From contig CAVPOM010000018.1 in assembly GCA_963707025.1 (NCBI GenBank), forward strand, positions 512,001 to 576,000: 64,000 nt of DNA, given 5' to 3'. Position 1 is the stretch's first letter. The number at the start of each line of letters is the position of its first letter. The notes beneath the pieces were generated by a model. It was not told where the DNA came from. It ran no database searches and saw nothing but the letters and a program-made list of their open reading frames with translations. This DNA comes from an uncultured Verrucomicrobiae bacterium (GTDB taxonomy: Bacteria > Verrucomicrobiota > Verrucomicrobiia > Limisphaerales > Palsa-1400). This document shows positions 47,433 to 56,893 of the stretch, in pieces. Position numbers and translations under genes: made by a program.

Positions 47433-48833
47433 CTACGGTTTGTCTTTGAAGCGTTCCGTCAACATGAGGTTGAGGTGGGCCCGCACCGCTTCCAGCGGGA
47501 TGCGCTCCACCACGTCGCTGGCGAAGGCCCGCACCATGATTTGCCGGGCCTGCTCCAGTCCGAGCCCGCGCGAACGCAGATAAAAAATCGCCTCCTCGTC
47601 CATTTGGCCGACGGTGGCGCCGTGGGTGCATTTGACATCGTCGGCAAAGATCTCCAGTTGCGGTTTGGTGTCAATGACGGCGTCGTCGGAAAGGAGCAGG
47701 TTGCGGTTGTTTTGTTTGGCGTCGGTTTTTTGCGCGTCCTGGCGGACAAAAATCTTGCCGTTGAACACGCCGTGGGCGCGCCCGGACAAAATGCCGTAGT
47801 AGAACTCATGGCTTTCGCAATGCGGGCGGGCGTGATCCACCACGGTGTGGTGATCGGCCAGTTGCTCGCCGCGGATCAAATAGAGGCCGTTGAGAATGCA
47901 GCGTGCATTTTCGCCCTGGAAAACCGTGGCAATCTGATGGCGGGCCAGGTGCCCGCCGGTGGAGACGGAGTGCGAGGTCCAATGGCTGCCCCGGCCCTGT
48001 TGCGCCTGCACGGCGGCGATGTGAAAGGCGCGCTTGTTCTCCTCCTGAATCTTGCAGTGGTCCAGCCGGGCCTCCGCGCCCACGACCAACTCGGTCACCG
48101 TGTTGGTGAAATGGGGGGCGTCGGCAAGGCTGACGTACGTCTCCAGAATCTTCATCTCGCTGCGCGGACCGGCCACCATCAGGTTGCGGACATGCGCGGT
48201 GGCGCCCGGCTCGGCGGCGGTGGCGATGCAGAGCAAATGCACCGGCTGGGCAATGACTTTTCCGGGGGCGGCGCAGATCAGGGCGCCGTCCTGAAAAAAC
48301 GCCGTGTTCAAGGCGGTGAAGACCATCGCGTCCTCGCCGGCCACGCGCGTGAGATGCGCCTCCAACTCCGGGGCGCCGCCGGCCAGCGCGGCCCGCAGGC
48401 TGCCGGCCTGGAGGCCGCCGCCCGGGGCGGGCAGGCAGGAAAGTTCCGCGCAAAAATGGCCGTCCACAAAAACCAGCCGGCAAGCCTCCAGGCCGAAAGT
48501 AAAAGGGGCGATCTCCCCGGCGGTCAACCGGCGCGCCGGCGGCCGGGCCGGGTGCAGCGGCAGATGCAAAAGCGGAGCGATGCGGGTGAAGCGCCATTCC
48601 TCGTGCTTGGCCGTGGGAAAGCCAAGTTTTACGGCTTGCGCCAGCGCGGCCTGGCGCCGTGATTTGAGCCAGGCGGGAGCCGGGTCCGCATCACTCCGGG
48701 CGAAAGCCGTCAGCACATCGGCCAGGCTCAGACCGGGATGGGGCGGATGGGCCTCCAAAGGCGCGCTGGCGGCGGCGGGCCGCGTCGTCCGGCTCGGGGC
48801 CTGGTCTTTGGCTGGGTCTAAAGTCGTGGTCAT
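47433..48833 (-). CDS. sufD: Fe-S cluster assembly protein SufD
   Basis: EEWRFT, FTALNTAF, VFNGKIFV..AQKTDA, KPQLEIFADDVKCTHGATVG. Confidence 0.97.
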   Translation of the reverse strand: MTTTLDPAKDQAPSRTTRPAAASAPLEAHPPHPGLSLADVLTAFARSDADPAPAWLKSRRQAALAQAVKLGFPTAKHEEWRFTRIAPLLHLPLHPARPPARRLTAGEIAPFTFGLEACRLVFVDGHFCAELSCLPAPGGGLQAGSLRAALAGGAPELEAHLTRVAGEDAMVFTALNTAFFQDGALICAAPGKVIAQPVHLLCIATAAEPGATAHVRNLMVAGPRSEMKILETYVSLADAPHFTNTVTELVVGAEARLDHCKIQEENKRAFHIAAVQAQQGRGSHWTSHSVSTGGHLARHQIATVFQGENARCILNGLYLIRGEQLADHHTVVDHARPHCESHEFYYGILSGRAHGVFNGKIFVRQDAQKTDAKQNNRNLLLSDDAVIDTKPQLEIFADDVKCTHGATVGQMDEEAIFYLRSRGLGLEQARQIMVRAFASDVVERIPLEAVRAHLNLMLTERFKDKP

Positions 48834-49606
48834 AATTGGGCGCTGGCCAGGGAAGCGGTTTCCTCCAAAAGCCAGTCGTAGCCGCGGTCTTCCAGGGTGA
48901 GGGCGAGTTCCTTGCCGCCAGACCGGACGATGCGCCCGTCCACCAGCACATGGACGAAGTCGGGCACGATGTAATTGAGCAGCCGCTGGTAGTGGGTGAT
49001 GACCAGGCTGGCGTTGTCCGGGCGGCGCAATTTGTTGACACCGGCGGCGACTGCTTTCAAGGCGTCAATGTCCAGGCCGGAATCGGTTTCATCGAGGATG
49101 GCGAGCCTGGGTTCCAGGACGGCCATTTGGAAGATTTCGTTGCGCTTTTTTTCGCCGCCGGAAAAGCCCTCGTTGACGGAGCGGTTGAGCAGGGCGGGGT
49201 CCAGTTCGAGGATTTTGCTTTTCTCCTTGACCAGCTTGAGAAACTCGATGGGGGCCAGCTCGCTTTGGCCGCGGGCCTTGCGGCCTTCGTTGAGCGCGGC
49301 GCGGAGGAAGTAAGTGCTGTTGACCCCGGGAATTTCCACCGGATATTGGAAGGCCAGGAAAACGCCGGCGCGGGCGCGGTCTTCCGGCTTCATCTCCAGC
49401 AGGTTGGCGCCTTGGAAAAGAACGGAGCCGCCGGTGACCTCGTATTCGGCGCGTCCGGCCAGGATTTGCGCCAGGGTGCTTTTGCCGCTGCCGTTGGGGC
49501 CCATGATGGCGTGGACCTCCCCCGCCTTGAGCGACAAACTCAGGTTCCTGAGAATCGGCCTGCCCTCCACCCCCGCCGACAAATTGCGAATCTCCAATAG
49601 TTCCAT
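48830..49606 (-). CDS. sufC: Fe-S cluster assembly ATPase SufC
   Basis: GPNGSGKST, FQYPVEIPGV, GFSGGEKKRNE, LDETDSGLDIDAL, ITHYQRLL. Confidence 0.98.
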   Translation of the reverse strand: MELLEIRNLSAGVEGRPILRNLSLSLKAGEVHAIMGPNGSGKSTLAQILAGRAEYEVTGGSVLFQGANLLEMKPEDRARAGVFLAFQYPVEIPGVNSTYFLRAALNEGRKARGQSELAPIEFLKLVKEKSKILELDPALLNRSVNEGFSGGEKKRNEIFQMAVLEPRLAILDETDSGLDIDALKAVAAGVNKLRRPDNASLVITHYQRLLNYIVPDFVHVLVDGRIVRSGGKELALTLEDRGYDWLLEETASLASAQL

Positions 49607-49683
49607 GCTGTGCTATGATTTACGTTTTAAAGCTGAAAATCAACGGCGCGGACGCCCGCCAGACGGCCGCCTTCCGCCGCGGC

Positions 49684-51130
49684 TCAACCGACGCTGCCTT
49701 CCAGGCTGATCCCCAGCAGCTTCTGCGCTTCCACCGCGAATTCCATGGGCAATTGTTTGAACACTTCCTTGCAGTAACCGTTGACGATCATGTTGACGGC
49801 GTCCTGCGTGGATATGCCGCGCTGGTTGCAATAAAAAATCTGGTCCTCGCCGATCTTGGAGGTCGAGGCCTCGTGCTCGACCGTGGAAGAACTATTCTTG
49901 ACTTCCACATAGGGGAAGGTGTGCGCGCCGCAACGGTCGCCCATGAGGAGCGAATCGCACTGCGAATAATTGCGCGAGCCGGTGGCGCTTTTGAGAATTT
50001 TCACCTGGCCGCGATAGCTGTTCTGCCCCCGGCCCGCCGAGATGCCCTTGGAAACGATCGTGCTGGTGGTGTTCCGGCCCACATGCACCATCTTGGTCCC
50101 GGTGTCGGCCTGCTGGCGGTGATTGGTCAGGGCGACGGAATAAAACTCGCCCACCGAATTGTCGCCCAGCAGGAGCACACTGGGATATTTCCAAGTGATG
50201 GCCGAACCGGTCTCCACCTGGGTCCAGGAAATCTTCGAGTTGCGCCCGGCGCACTTGCCGCGCTTGGTCACGAAATTGTAAATGCCGCCCTTGCCGTCCT
50301 TGTCGCCCGGATACCAGTTTTGCACGGTGGAATACTTGATGTTGGCCTGGTCCAGCGCGATGAGTTCCACCACGGCGGCATGCAACTGGTTGGTGTCGCG
50401 CATGGGGGCGGTGCAGCCTTCCAGATAGCTGACCTGGCTGCCCTCGTCCGCGATGATGAGGGTGCGCTCGAACTGCCCGCTGCCCGCGGTGTTGATGCGG
50501 AAATAAGTGGAAAGCTCCATCGGGCAGCGCACCCCTTTGGGGATGTAGCAAAAGGAGCCGTCGCTGAACACGGCCGAATTGAGCGCGGCAAAAAAGTTGT
50601 CGTTGGGCGGGACCACCGTGCCCAGATACTGTTTGACCAGGTCGGGATGATTTTTGACCGCCTCGGAGAACGAGCAAAAAATGATGCCCTGCCGGCCCAG
50701 TTCCTCTTTGAAAGTCGTGGCGACCGAGAACGCTGTCCAGCACGGCGTCCACCGCCACGCCGGAGAGGCGCTTTTGTTCATCGAGGGAGATGCCGAGCTT
50801 GTCGAAAATCTTGCGGGTTTCCGGGTCCACCTCGTCCAGGCTGCCGAGTTTTTTCCTCTCCTTGGCCGCCGCGTAATAAATATAGGCCTGATAATCAATG
50901 GGGGGATAATGGACGTTGGGCCAGTGCGGCTCGGTCATGGTGGTCCAGTGGCGATAAGCCTTCAGGCGCCATTCCCGCAGGAAATCCGGCTCCCCTTTGA
51001 TCTCCGAGATGCGGCGGACGGTGTCCTCGCTCAGGCCGGGCGCAAAGGCCTCGGTTTCAATATTGCTGGCGAAGCCATATTTATATTCCGAGTTGACAAA
51101 ACTTTCAATGGTATCGGTCGTGGCATCCAT
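49684..51130 (-). CDS. sufB: Fe-S cluster assembly protein SufB with a +1 frameshift near 50729
   Basis: N-part [16 protein letters not shown] and C-part [28 protein letters not shown] lie in different frames. Removing one base restores DSVSVATTFK. Confidence 0.95.
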
Positions 51131-51183
51131 AATCGGACAAATCCAGTCCGGTTACAGGATAGGCCAGCCGGGGCGGATGTCAA
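51130..51183 (-). promoter_or_regulatory. suf promoter with Rrf2-type palindromic operator
   Basis: Minus strand TTGACA-N16-TATCCT, then TAACCGGAC-N7-GTCCGATTA abutting the sufB ATG. Confidence 0.75.
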
Positions 51184-51259
51184 ATCCGACTTTGCCGCGC
51201 GGACCGCCCGGAGCGATGGATCCCGGGCTTGACGGGGGGACGACCGGGCAGGGCGGGGT

Positions 51260-51634
51260 TCAGGTGGTTTTGGCGGCGCCGGGGGACTGCTTCTGCTGGG
51301 CTTCGAGCAATTTCAGCAGCAGCATGCGGTTGGTATTGCCGTTCCAATTCCGGATGGCCGCGGAAATACACCAGGCGGAAAAGCAAAGGGCGAGCAGACA
51401 ATTGGGCCAGAACACGGCAAATACCAGAATATTGCTGTGGGAAAGAACCTCGCCGAGACGGGCGGGGTCATTCTCGGAGAGGAAAGCCAGGTGCAGCAAT
51501 AAAACCAGGATATAACCGTAAACGGCGGCGAGGCTGATGCCGGTCCCCAGCAAGATCCATCGGGTGCGGGGCCAGCGGCGCTCCTGCGTTCGCAAGTGTT
51601 CAATTTGCTTCAATTGTAAGGTGCTAAATTCCAT
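51260..51634 (-). CDS. Small hypothetical membrane protein (2 TM)
   Basis: 124-aa ORF filling the gap between ruvB and sufB, two hydrophobic segments. Confidence 0.65.
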   Translation of the reverse strand: MEFSTLQLKQIEHLRTQERRWPRTRWILLGTGISLAAVYGYILVLLLHLAFLSENDPARLGEVLSHSNILVFAVFWPNCLLALCFSAWCISAAIRNWNGNTNRMLLLKLLEAQQKQSPGAAKTT

Positions 51635-51716
51635 ATCGTGTGCGGGTCATGGTTGCGCAACCGCAAACCTACCGCACTTTGCGTTGGAGGGCAAGAGAAT
51701 GCGGGAGAATGATTTT

Positions 51717-52736
51717 CTAAAGCAGCCGGGACTGGCTGCCGCCGGCGGGCTTGAGGCCCAGTTTCTGGTAGCTCAAGGCCGTCGCCACCCGGCCTTGCGG
51801 GGTGCGGTTGAGGTAGCCTTCCATAATCAGGAACGGCTCATAGACTTCTTCCAGCGTGTCCGGCTCCTCTCCCACGGCCACGGCCAGGGAACCGAGGCCG
51901 ACCGGGCCGCCGGCAAATTTTTGCACGATGGTATCCAGGATGCGCTTGTCCATTTCGTCCAGGCCGTTTTGATCTATCGCCAGCATGGCCAGCGCCTGGT
52001 CGGCCACGGGCACGGTGATCTGGCCGTCGCCGCGGACCTGGGCGTAATCGCGCACGCGGCGCAGCAGGTTGTTGGCGATGCGCGGCGTGCCGCGGCTGCG
52101 GCGGGCGATTTCCATCGCGCCTTGCGGATCAATGGCCACCTCCAGCAAATTGGCCGAGCGCACGACAATTTTTTGGAGCTGGTCGGCGTGGTAATAATCC
52201 AGCCGCTCGCGAATGGGGAAACGGGTCAGCAACGGCGCGGTGAGCAGCCCGCTGCGGGTCGTGGCGCCGATGAGGGTGAAGCGCGGCAGATTCAGGCGGA
52301 CGCTGCGGGCGTTGGGGCCGGAATCAATGATGATGTCCAGTTTGAAATCCTCCATCGCCGGATAGAGATATTCCTCGATGGTCTTTTGCAGGCGGTGAAT
52401 TTCATCAATAAAGAGAACGTCGCCCGCCTCCAGGTTGGTGAGCAACCCGGCGAGGTCGCCGGCCTTCTCGATGGTGGGGCCGCTGGTGCATTTGAGACCG
52501 ACGCCCATGCTCTTGGCGATGATGTAGGCGAGGGTGGTTTTGCCCAGGCCGGGCGGGCCGCTAAAGAGGAGATGATCCAGCGCCTCGCCGCGCTTTTTGG
52601 CGGCCTGGACGGCGATTTCCAGCCGTTCCTTGACCTTGGCCTGTCCGGTGAAGTCGGAAAACAGGGAGGGGCGCAGCGTCATTTCCAACGCGGCATCCGG
52701 CTGGGCCAGCACATCCGAAATCATTCGATCCGCCAT
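51717..52736 (-). CDS. ruvB: Holliday junction branch migration helicase RuvB
   Basis: [54 protein letters not shown]. Confidence 0.98.
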   Translation of the reverse strand: MADRMISDVLAQPDAALEMTLRPSLFSDFTGQAKVKERLEIAVQAAKKRGEALDHLLFSGPPGLGKTTLAYIIAKSMGVGLKCTSGPTIEKAGDLAGLLTNLEAGDVLFIDEIHRLQKTIEEYLYPAMEDFKLDIIIDSGPNARSVRLNLPRFTLIGATTRSGLLTAPLLTRFPIRERLDYYHADQLQKIVVRSANLLEVAIDPQGAMEIARRSRGTPRIANNLLRRVRDYAQVRGDGQITVPVADQALAMLAIDQNGLDEMDKRILDTIVQKFAGGPVGLGSLAVAVGEEPDTLEEVYEPFLIMEGYLNRTPQGRVATALSYQKLGLKPAGGSQSRLL

Positions 52737-52812
52737 TGCTTAAGGATGGGCAAGCGGCACGGGAGCGACAAGGAGTAAATGCAAAATGCAGAATGCAGAA
52801 GGCGCAACAGGT

Positions 52813-53445
52813 TCAGCGCCGCAGGAATTTGGCGACGGCTTCGGTGCGGGTGCGGACTTGCAGCTTCTCGTAAATGCGCCGGATGTAGGTGTGGACGGTC
52901 TCGTAGCTGATGCCCAGCTTGTCCGCGATTTCCTTGTAGAGAAAGCCCTGGCTCAACAGGTCCAGCACTTCCTGCTCGCGGGTGGAAAGGGTGTCGCTGG
53001 CGCCGCCGGGCTGCGCAGAGGGGCTGGTTTTTTGGAAGGATTGCACGACCTTGCGCGCAATGTGCGTGGTCATGGGGGAACCGCCGCGGCGGACCTCGCG
53101 GATGGCTTCCAGCAGCTCGCTGCGCGGGGCGCGCTTAAGGAGATAGCCCGCCGCGCCCGCGGCCAGGGCGTTGAAAATGTTTTCCGTGTCCTCGTAAGCG
53201 GTCAGCATGACGGCCAGGATTTGCGGGGCGGCCTGCTTCAGCCGGCGGACCAATTCCACGCCGTTCATGCCGGGCAGGTTGATGTCCACCAGCACGACAT
53301 CCGGGCGCGCCGCGGGCAGGGCGGCCAGGGCGGTTTCGGCATCGGGGTACTGGCTCAGGCACTGGAATCCTTCGGCGCGATTGAGCAGGCGGGCCAGGGT
53401 GGCGCGCAACTGGTCGTTGTCTTCGACGATGGATACTTTGGTCAT
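52813..53445 (-). CDS. NarL/LuxR-family response regulator
   Basis: IVEDN, VDINLPGMNG, GYLLK; HTH LSTREQEVLDLL..YKEIA..TV.TYIRRIYEKL. Confidence 0.96.
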   Translation of the reverse strand: MTKVSIVEDNDQLRATLARLLNRAEGFQCLSQYPDAETALAALPAARPDVVLVDINLPGMNGVELVRRLKQAAPQILAVMLTAYEDTENIFNALAAGAAGYLLKRAPRSELLEAIREVRRGGSPMTTHIARKVVQSFQKTSPSAQPGGASDTLSTREQEVLDLLSQGFLYKEIADKLGISYETVHTYIRRIYEKLQVRTRTEAVAKFLRR

Positions 53446-53511
53446 GAGTATGGTGAATGGTGAATGATGAATAGTGAAATGTCTGAATTCTACATTCTCA
53501 ACTCTCAATTC

Positions 53512-56502
53512 CTAATTCAGCGGAGCGGTCAGGCGGACCAGCGTCCCGCCTTTGGCGCCGGGGCCGATTTCAAATTTGCCGCCGATGTCTTCCATTCTTT
53601 GGCGCATGTTGCGCAGGCCGCTGCGGGATTGCGCGGCCGGGCCGGCCAGTCCGGCGGGGCCGCGTCCGTTGTCTTCGATTTCCAGGGTAAACCCGCCCGG
53701 CGCCAGGCGCAAGCGGAGGCAGGCCTCGGAAGCGGCGGCGTGCTTGACGATGTTGGTGACCGATTCTTTGGCCGCCAGGAAAACATTGTGGCGCGCTTCC
53801 GGCGAAATCTGGGCGGCCGGCAGCCGGGCGGGGGCTTCCAGCCGGTAGCGCAGGCCGGCCACCGCCAGATATTCCTGGGCGTTTTTGCAAATATAGTTGA
53901 CCAATCCTTCGAGTGTGTCGTTGGAGGGGTTGACCGTCCAGACGATTTCGTCCAGGGCGCGCGCGGTTTCGCGGGCGGTCTGGGAGATTTGCCCGGCGTG
54001 GACGGCGACTTCGGCGGGGTCGTCCCGGTCGCTCTCCACCATTTCGCCCAGGAGGGAGAGTTGGGTGAGGCTGGCGCCGACCTGGTCGTGGATGTCGCGG
54101 GCGATGCGGGCGCGGTCTTTTTCCAAGGCTTGCTGCTGGCGGAGACCGGCGAGTTGCCGCTGCAATTTCTGGGTGGAAATGAAATAAACCAGCGCAATAA
54201 TGCCGAACAAGAGCGCGGCCGCCACCACCCCGCGGAAGGACGGAGTCTGCCAGAAGGCGGGCAAAACGATGACCTCCAGAGCGGCGGGGACCGGGTTCCA
54301 AACTCCGTCCTCATTGCGGGCGGTGACTTGGAAGTGGTAGGTTCCCGGTGGCAGTTTGCTGTATTGGACGGTGCGGCGCTGGCCGGCGTCGGTCCAATTG
54401 GTGACGTATCCACCCATCAAATATTTGAAGTGGACTTGTTGCGGCTCATCGCAATCGAGGCCGGTGTAGCGGATTTCCAGCACTTCCTTGCCGGGGGGCA
54501 CCACGACCGAGCGCGGCGGCTGGCCATGCGGGCCGTTGAGGCCTTGGCCCTGGCCTTCGATGAGCACGGCTTCGATGAGCACGGGCAAGGCACGGGTGTG
54601 GTTTTGGATTTGCGCCGGATCAATGGGAACCAGACCGGCAATGGTGGGAAACCAGAGGGTGCCGTCGGCGGCGCGGCAGGCGGCGGGCTGGGAACCGAGG
54701 GTGCATTCGTCGCTGGGCAGCCCGTCGCGCTGGCCATAGGAATGGCAGGGGATGAAATCCAGCGTGCCGGCGGCGAACGCATTGAGGTCGCTTTTTTTCA
54801 CCCGCATCAGACCGGCGTTGGAGCCGATCCAAAGGTTGGTCTGGCTGTCCTCAATGATATAGTCCACGCCGTTGCCATCCAGTCCGTTGTCGGTGGTGTA
54901 ATTGATCCAGTGGCCGGATTGGAAGCGGATGAGTCCGTTGCCCAGGGTTCCCACCCAAAGCACGCCCTCCTGGTCCATATAAAGGGCGGAGATATTTTTG
55001 CTGGGGAATTCGCGGGCCGGCTGGACGGGAGTTATTTTGCCGTCCTTGAGGCAATTAAGCCCGCCTCCTTCGGTGCCAATCCAAAGATGGCCTTCCGCAT
55101 CATCGGCGATGGCCCGGACGATGTTGGCGGAAAGGCCGTCGTTGGTGGTGAAGACACGCCAGGCATGGCCGTCCCAGCACACCAGGCCGCGCTGGGTGCC
55201 GGCCCACAGCCGGCTGCTGCGATCCTGAAAAAGGGCGTAAATGCTCGGGTTGCGGTCCGGATATCCCTGGGCAGGCAGGAATTGGTCTTGGGTCCAGCGG
55301 AAAAGGCCGTCGCTGAAAGTGGCCGCCCAGAGATTCTGGTCGCGATCCACCAACAAGGCGCGGGCGTCAAAGCCCCTTCGAAAGCGGGTGGAGTCGGTGT
55401 TTTTGAGGATGTCGTCCTTCCAATAGTCAATGCCCCGACTGGTGGAACTGAACCAGAGGCGGCCCTGGGCATCTTCGCAGACCGAATGGATGGTGAGGTT
55501 GGTGGAGGCGTCCAGCGGATGGAAAAGCTGGCGCTGGACGCGATTTAGCCCGCCGGGATCCAGACCCACCCAGAGGGCGCCGGCATCGTCCATGTGCAGC
55601 GCCAGAACGTAATCGCCCGAAAGCCCTTCAACTTGGGTGGCTTTTCTGTCCGGCCCGTACCACCACACCCCGGCGCCCTGCGTTCCCACGATCAGGTTGC
55701 CGTCCAGATCTTCGCAAGCGGCGGTGATGTCGCAATCCTTCCACGCATACGGCCCCAAATTGAGTTCCAAACTGTCGCCCACCCATTTCTCAACCATTTT
55801 CGTGACGCCATCCTGTCCCAGGCACCAGCGGCCTCCGGTCCGGCTGGCGAGCAGGAAATCCACCTGGGACATGCCGGAAACTCTCGTGCTCGGCAGGGGC
55901 ATGGAACCGCGCACCGCGGCAGGATCAATCTGGAGGATTCCGGCGAAAACCAGACCGGATTTTTCGGCAATGAGCGTGTGATCGGAGCCGATGCCGCCCC
56001 AATGATCCAATTTGCCATCGTGATAGCGGGCCAGTTCCCCATCGTAAGCGCGCAGCCAGACGGCGCCGGTGGAATCTTCGCACGCCGCCCGCAGGCGGCC
56101 CTGGCGGCGGCCCTTGCCGAAATTGAGGTCGGTGATCTGATTATTTTGGAGGAGCAGCGCGCCGGCGGTCTCGGTGCCGATCCAGAGGTTGGTCTTGCTG
56201 TCCTCGAAAAGGAAGACGATCCGCCCGCTGGGCAGGCCCGGCGTGTTGTGCTCGTCGAACACCTTGAATTGCAGGCCGTCGAAACGCACCAGGCCGTTGA
56301 GGGTGCCCAGCCAGAGGTAGCCGTCGTGCGTCTGGACGATGGCGACGACCTCGTTGGCGGTCAGGCCGTCGTGCGTTCCCCAGGCATCCACATGAAACCG
56401 CCGCCCCGCCGCCTGGGCCAGGGAGCCGGGGCCAAGCCACAGCCCCAGGCCAAGACAGGCAGCCGCCAGCAGCCCTGCCAGCCGCCAAGGGTTCTTCCGC
56501 AT
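53512..56502 (-). CDS. Sensor histidine kinase with beta-propeller (Reg_prop) and Y_Y_Y periplasmic domains, HisKA_3
   Basis: Repeats QT.DGYLWLGT.GL.RFDG and D..G.LWIGT; LPPGTYHFQV; RIARDIHD.VGA; KESVTNIVKHA; GLRNMRQR. Confidence 0.95.
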   Translation of the reverse strand: MRKNPWRLAGLLAAACLGLGLWLGPGSLAQAAGRRFHVDAWGTHDGLTANEVVAIVQTHDGYLWLGTLNGLVRFDGLQFKVFDEHNTPGLPSGRIVFLFEDSKTNLWIGTETAGALLLQNNQITDLNFGKGRRQGRLRAACEDSTGAVWLRAYDGELARYHDGKLDHWGGIGSDHTLIAEKSGLVFAGILQIDPAAVRGSMPLPSTRVSGMSQVDFLLASRTGGRWCLGQDGVTKMVEKWVGDSLELNLGPYAWKDCDITAACEDLDGNLIVGTQGAGVWWYGPDRKATQVEGLSGDYVLALHMDDAGALWVGLDPGGLNRVQRQLFHPLDASTNLTIHSVCEDAQGRLWFSSTSRGIDYWKDDILKNTDSTRFRRGFDARALLVDRDQNLWAATFSDGLFRWTQDQFLPAQGYPDRNPSIYALFQDRSSRLWAGTQRGLVCWDGHAWRVFTTNDGLSANIVRAIADDAEGHLWIGTEGGGLNCLKDGKITPVQPAREFPSKNISALYMDQEGVLWVGTLGNGLIRFQSGHWINYTTDNGLDGNGVDYIIEDSQTNLWIGSNAGLMRVKKSDLNAFAAGTLDFIPCHSYGQRDGLPSDECTLGSQPAACRAADGTLWFPTIAGLVPIDPAQIQNHTRALPVLIEAVLIEGQGQGLNGPHGQPPRSVVVPPGKEVLEIRYTGLDCDEPQQVHFKYLMGGYVTNWTDAGQRRTVQYSKLPPGTYHFQVTARNEDGVWNPVPAALEVIVLPAFWQTPSFRGVVAAALLFGIIALVYFISTQKLQRQLAGLRQQQALEKDRARIARDIHDQVGASLTQLSLLGEMVESDRDDPAEVAVHAGQISQTARETARALDEIVWTVNPSNDTLEGLVNYICKNAQEYLAVAGLRYRLEAPARLPAAQISPEARHNVFLAAKESVTNIVKHAAASEACLRLRLAPGGFTLEIEDNGRGPAGLAGPAAQSRSGLRNMRQRMEDIGGKFEIGPGAKGGTLVRLTAPLN

Positions 56503-56646
56503 GGCGGTCATCTTTGGAGGAGGGCGCGGGTATGTAAAGATGATTCCAGGCCGGGCGGATGGTTCACCCTCCGTAGTCCCGGCGAAGGAGGGCGGATTGA
56601 AAAGGCAAAATAATCCTTGCCTTTGCCCGCGCCGTGTATAAATTAT

Positions 56647-56845
56647 CCTTATCAACACGGTGTTTTTCCAACACTGTGTGAGGACCACCAGTTTCAAGGA
56701 ATTTGCGGTTGCGGCGGCGCTGCTGCCACCAAACCGGCACTTTCAACTCTTGGGACACGCTTCGTGGCACGCCCGGGTTGGGCGTGCCCGAACGCGCTCC
56801 CGCGCGGGCCGGCGCGGGATTCAGATCCCAAGTGTGGCCGTTGAG
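56647..56845 (+). ncRNA. Candidate structured RNA in the divergent HK/ABC intergenic region
   Basis: 10-bp hairpin 56655-56679. Multi-branch element closed by CTTGGGA (56749)/TCCCAAG (56832) enclosing three hairpins. No recognised family. Confidence 0.3.
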
Positions 56846-56893
56846 TCGCAATCGTTGCTTGTCAATCCTACACCCTCTCTTATGATGGCCGGC

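Noticed and set aside
50720..50740. Programmed frameshift or intein in sufB
   Set aside because: No slippery heptamer or extra domain; a single-base duplication like three others in the window.
56647..56700. SAM-I riboswitch (starts CTTATCAA)
   Set aside because: Lacks the following GAG, kink-turn, GCAACC and GGTGC elements, and the downstream genes are unrelated to sulfur metabolism.
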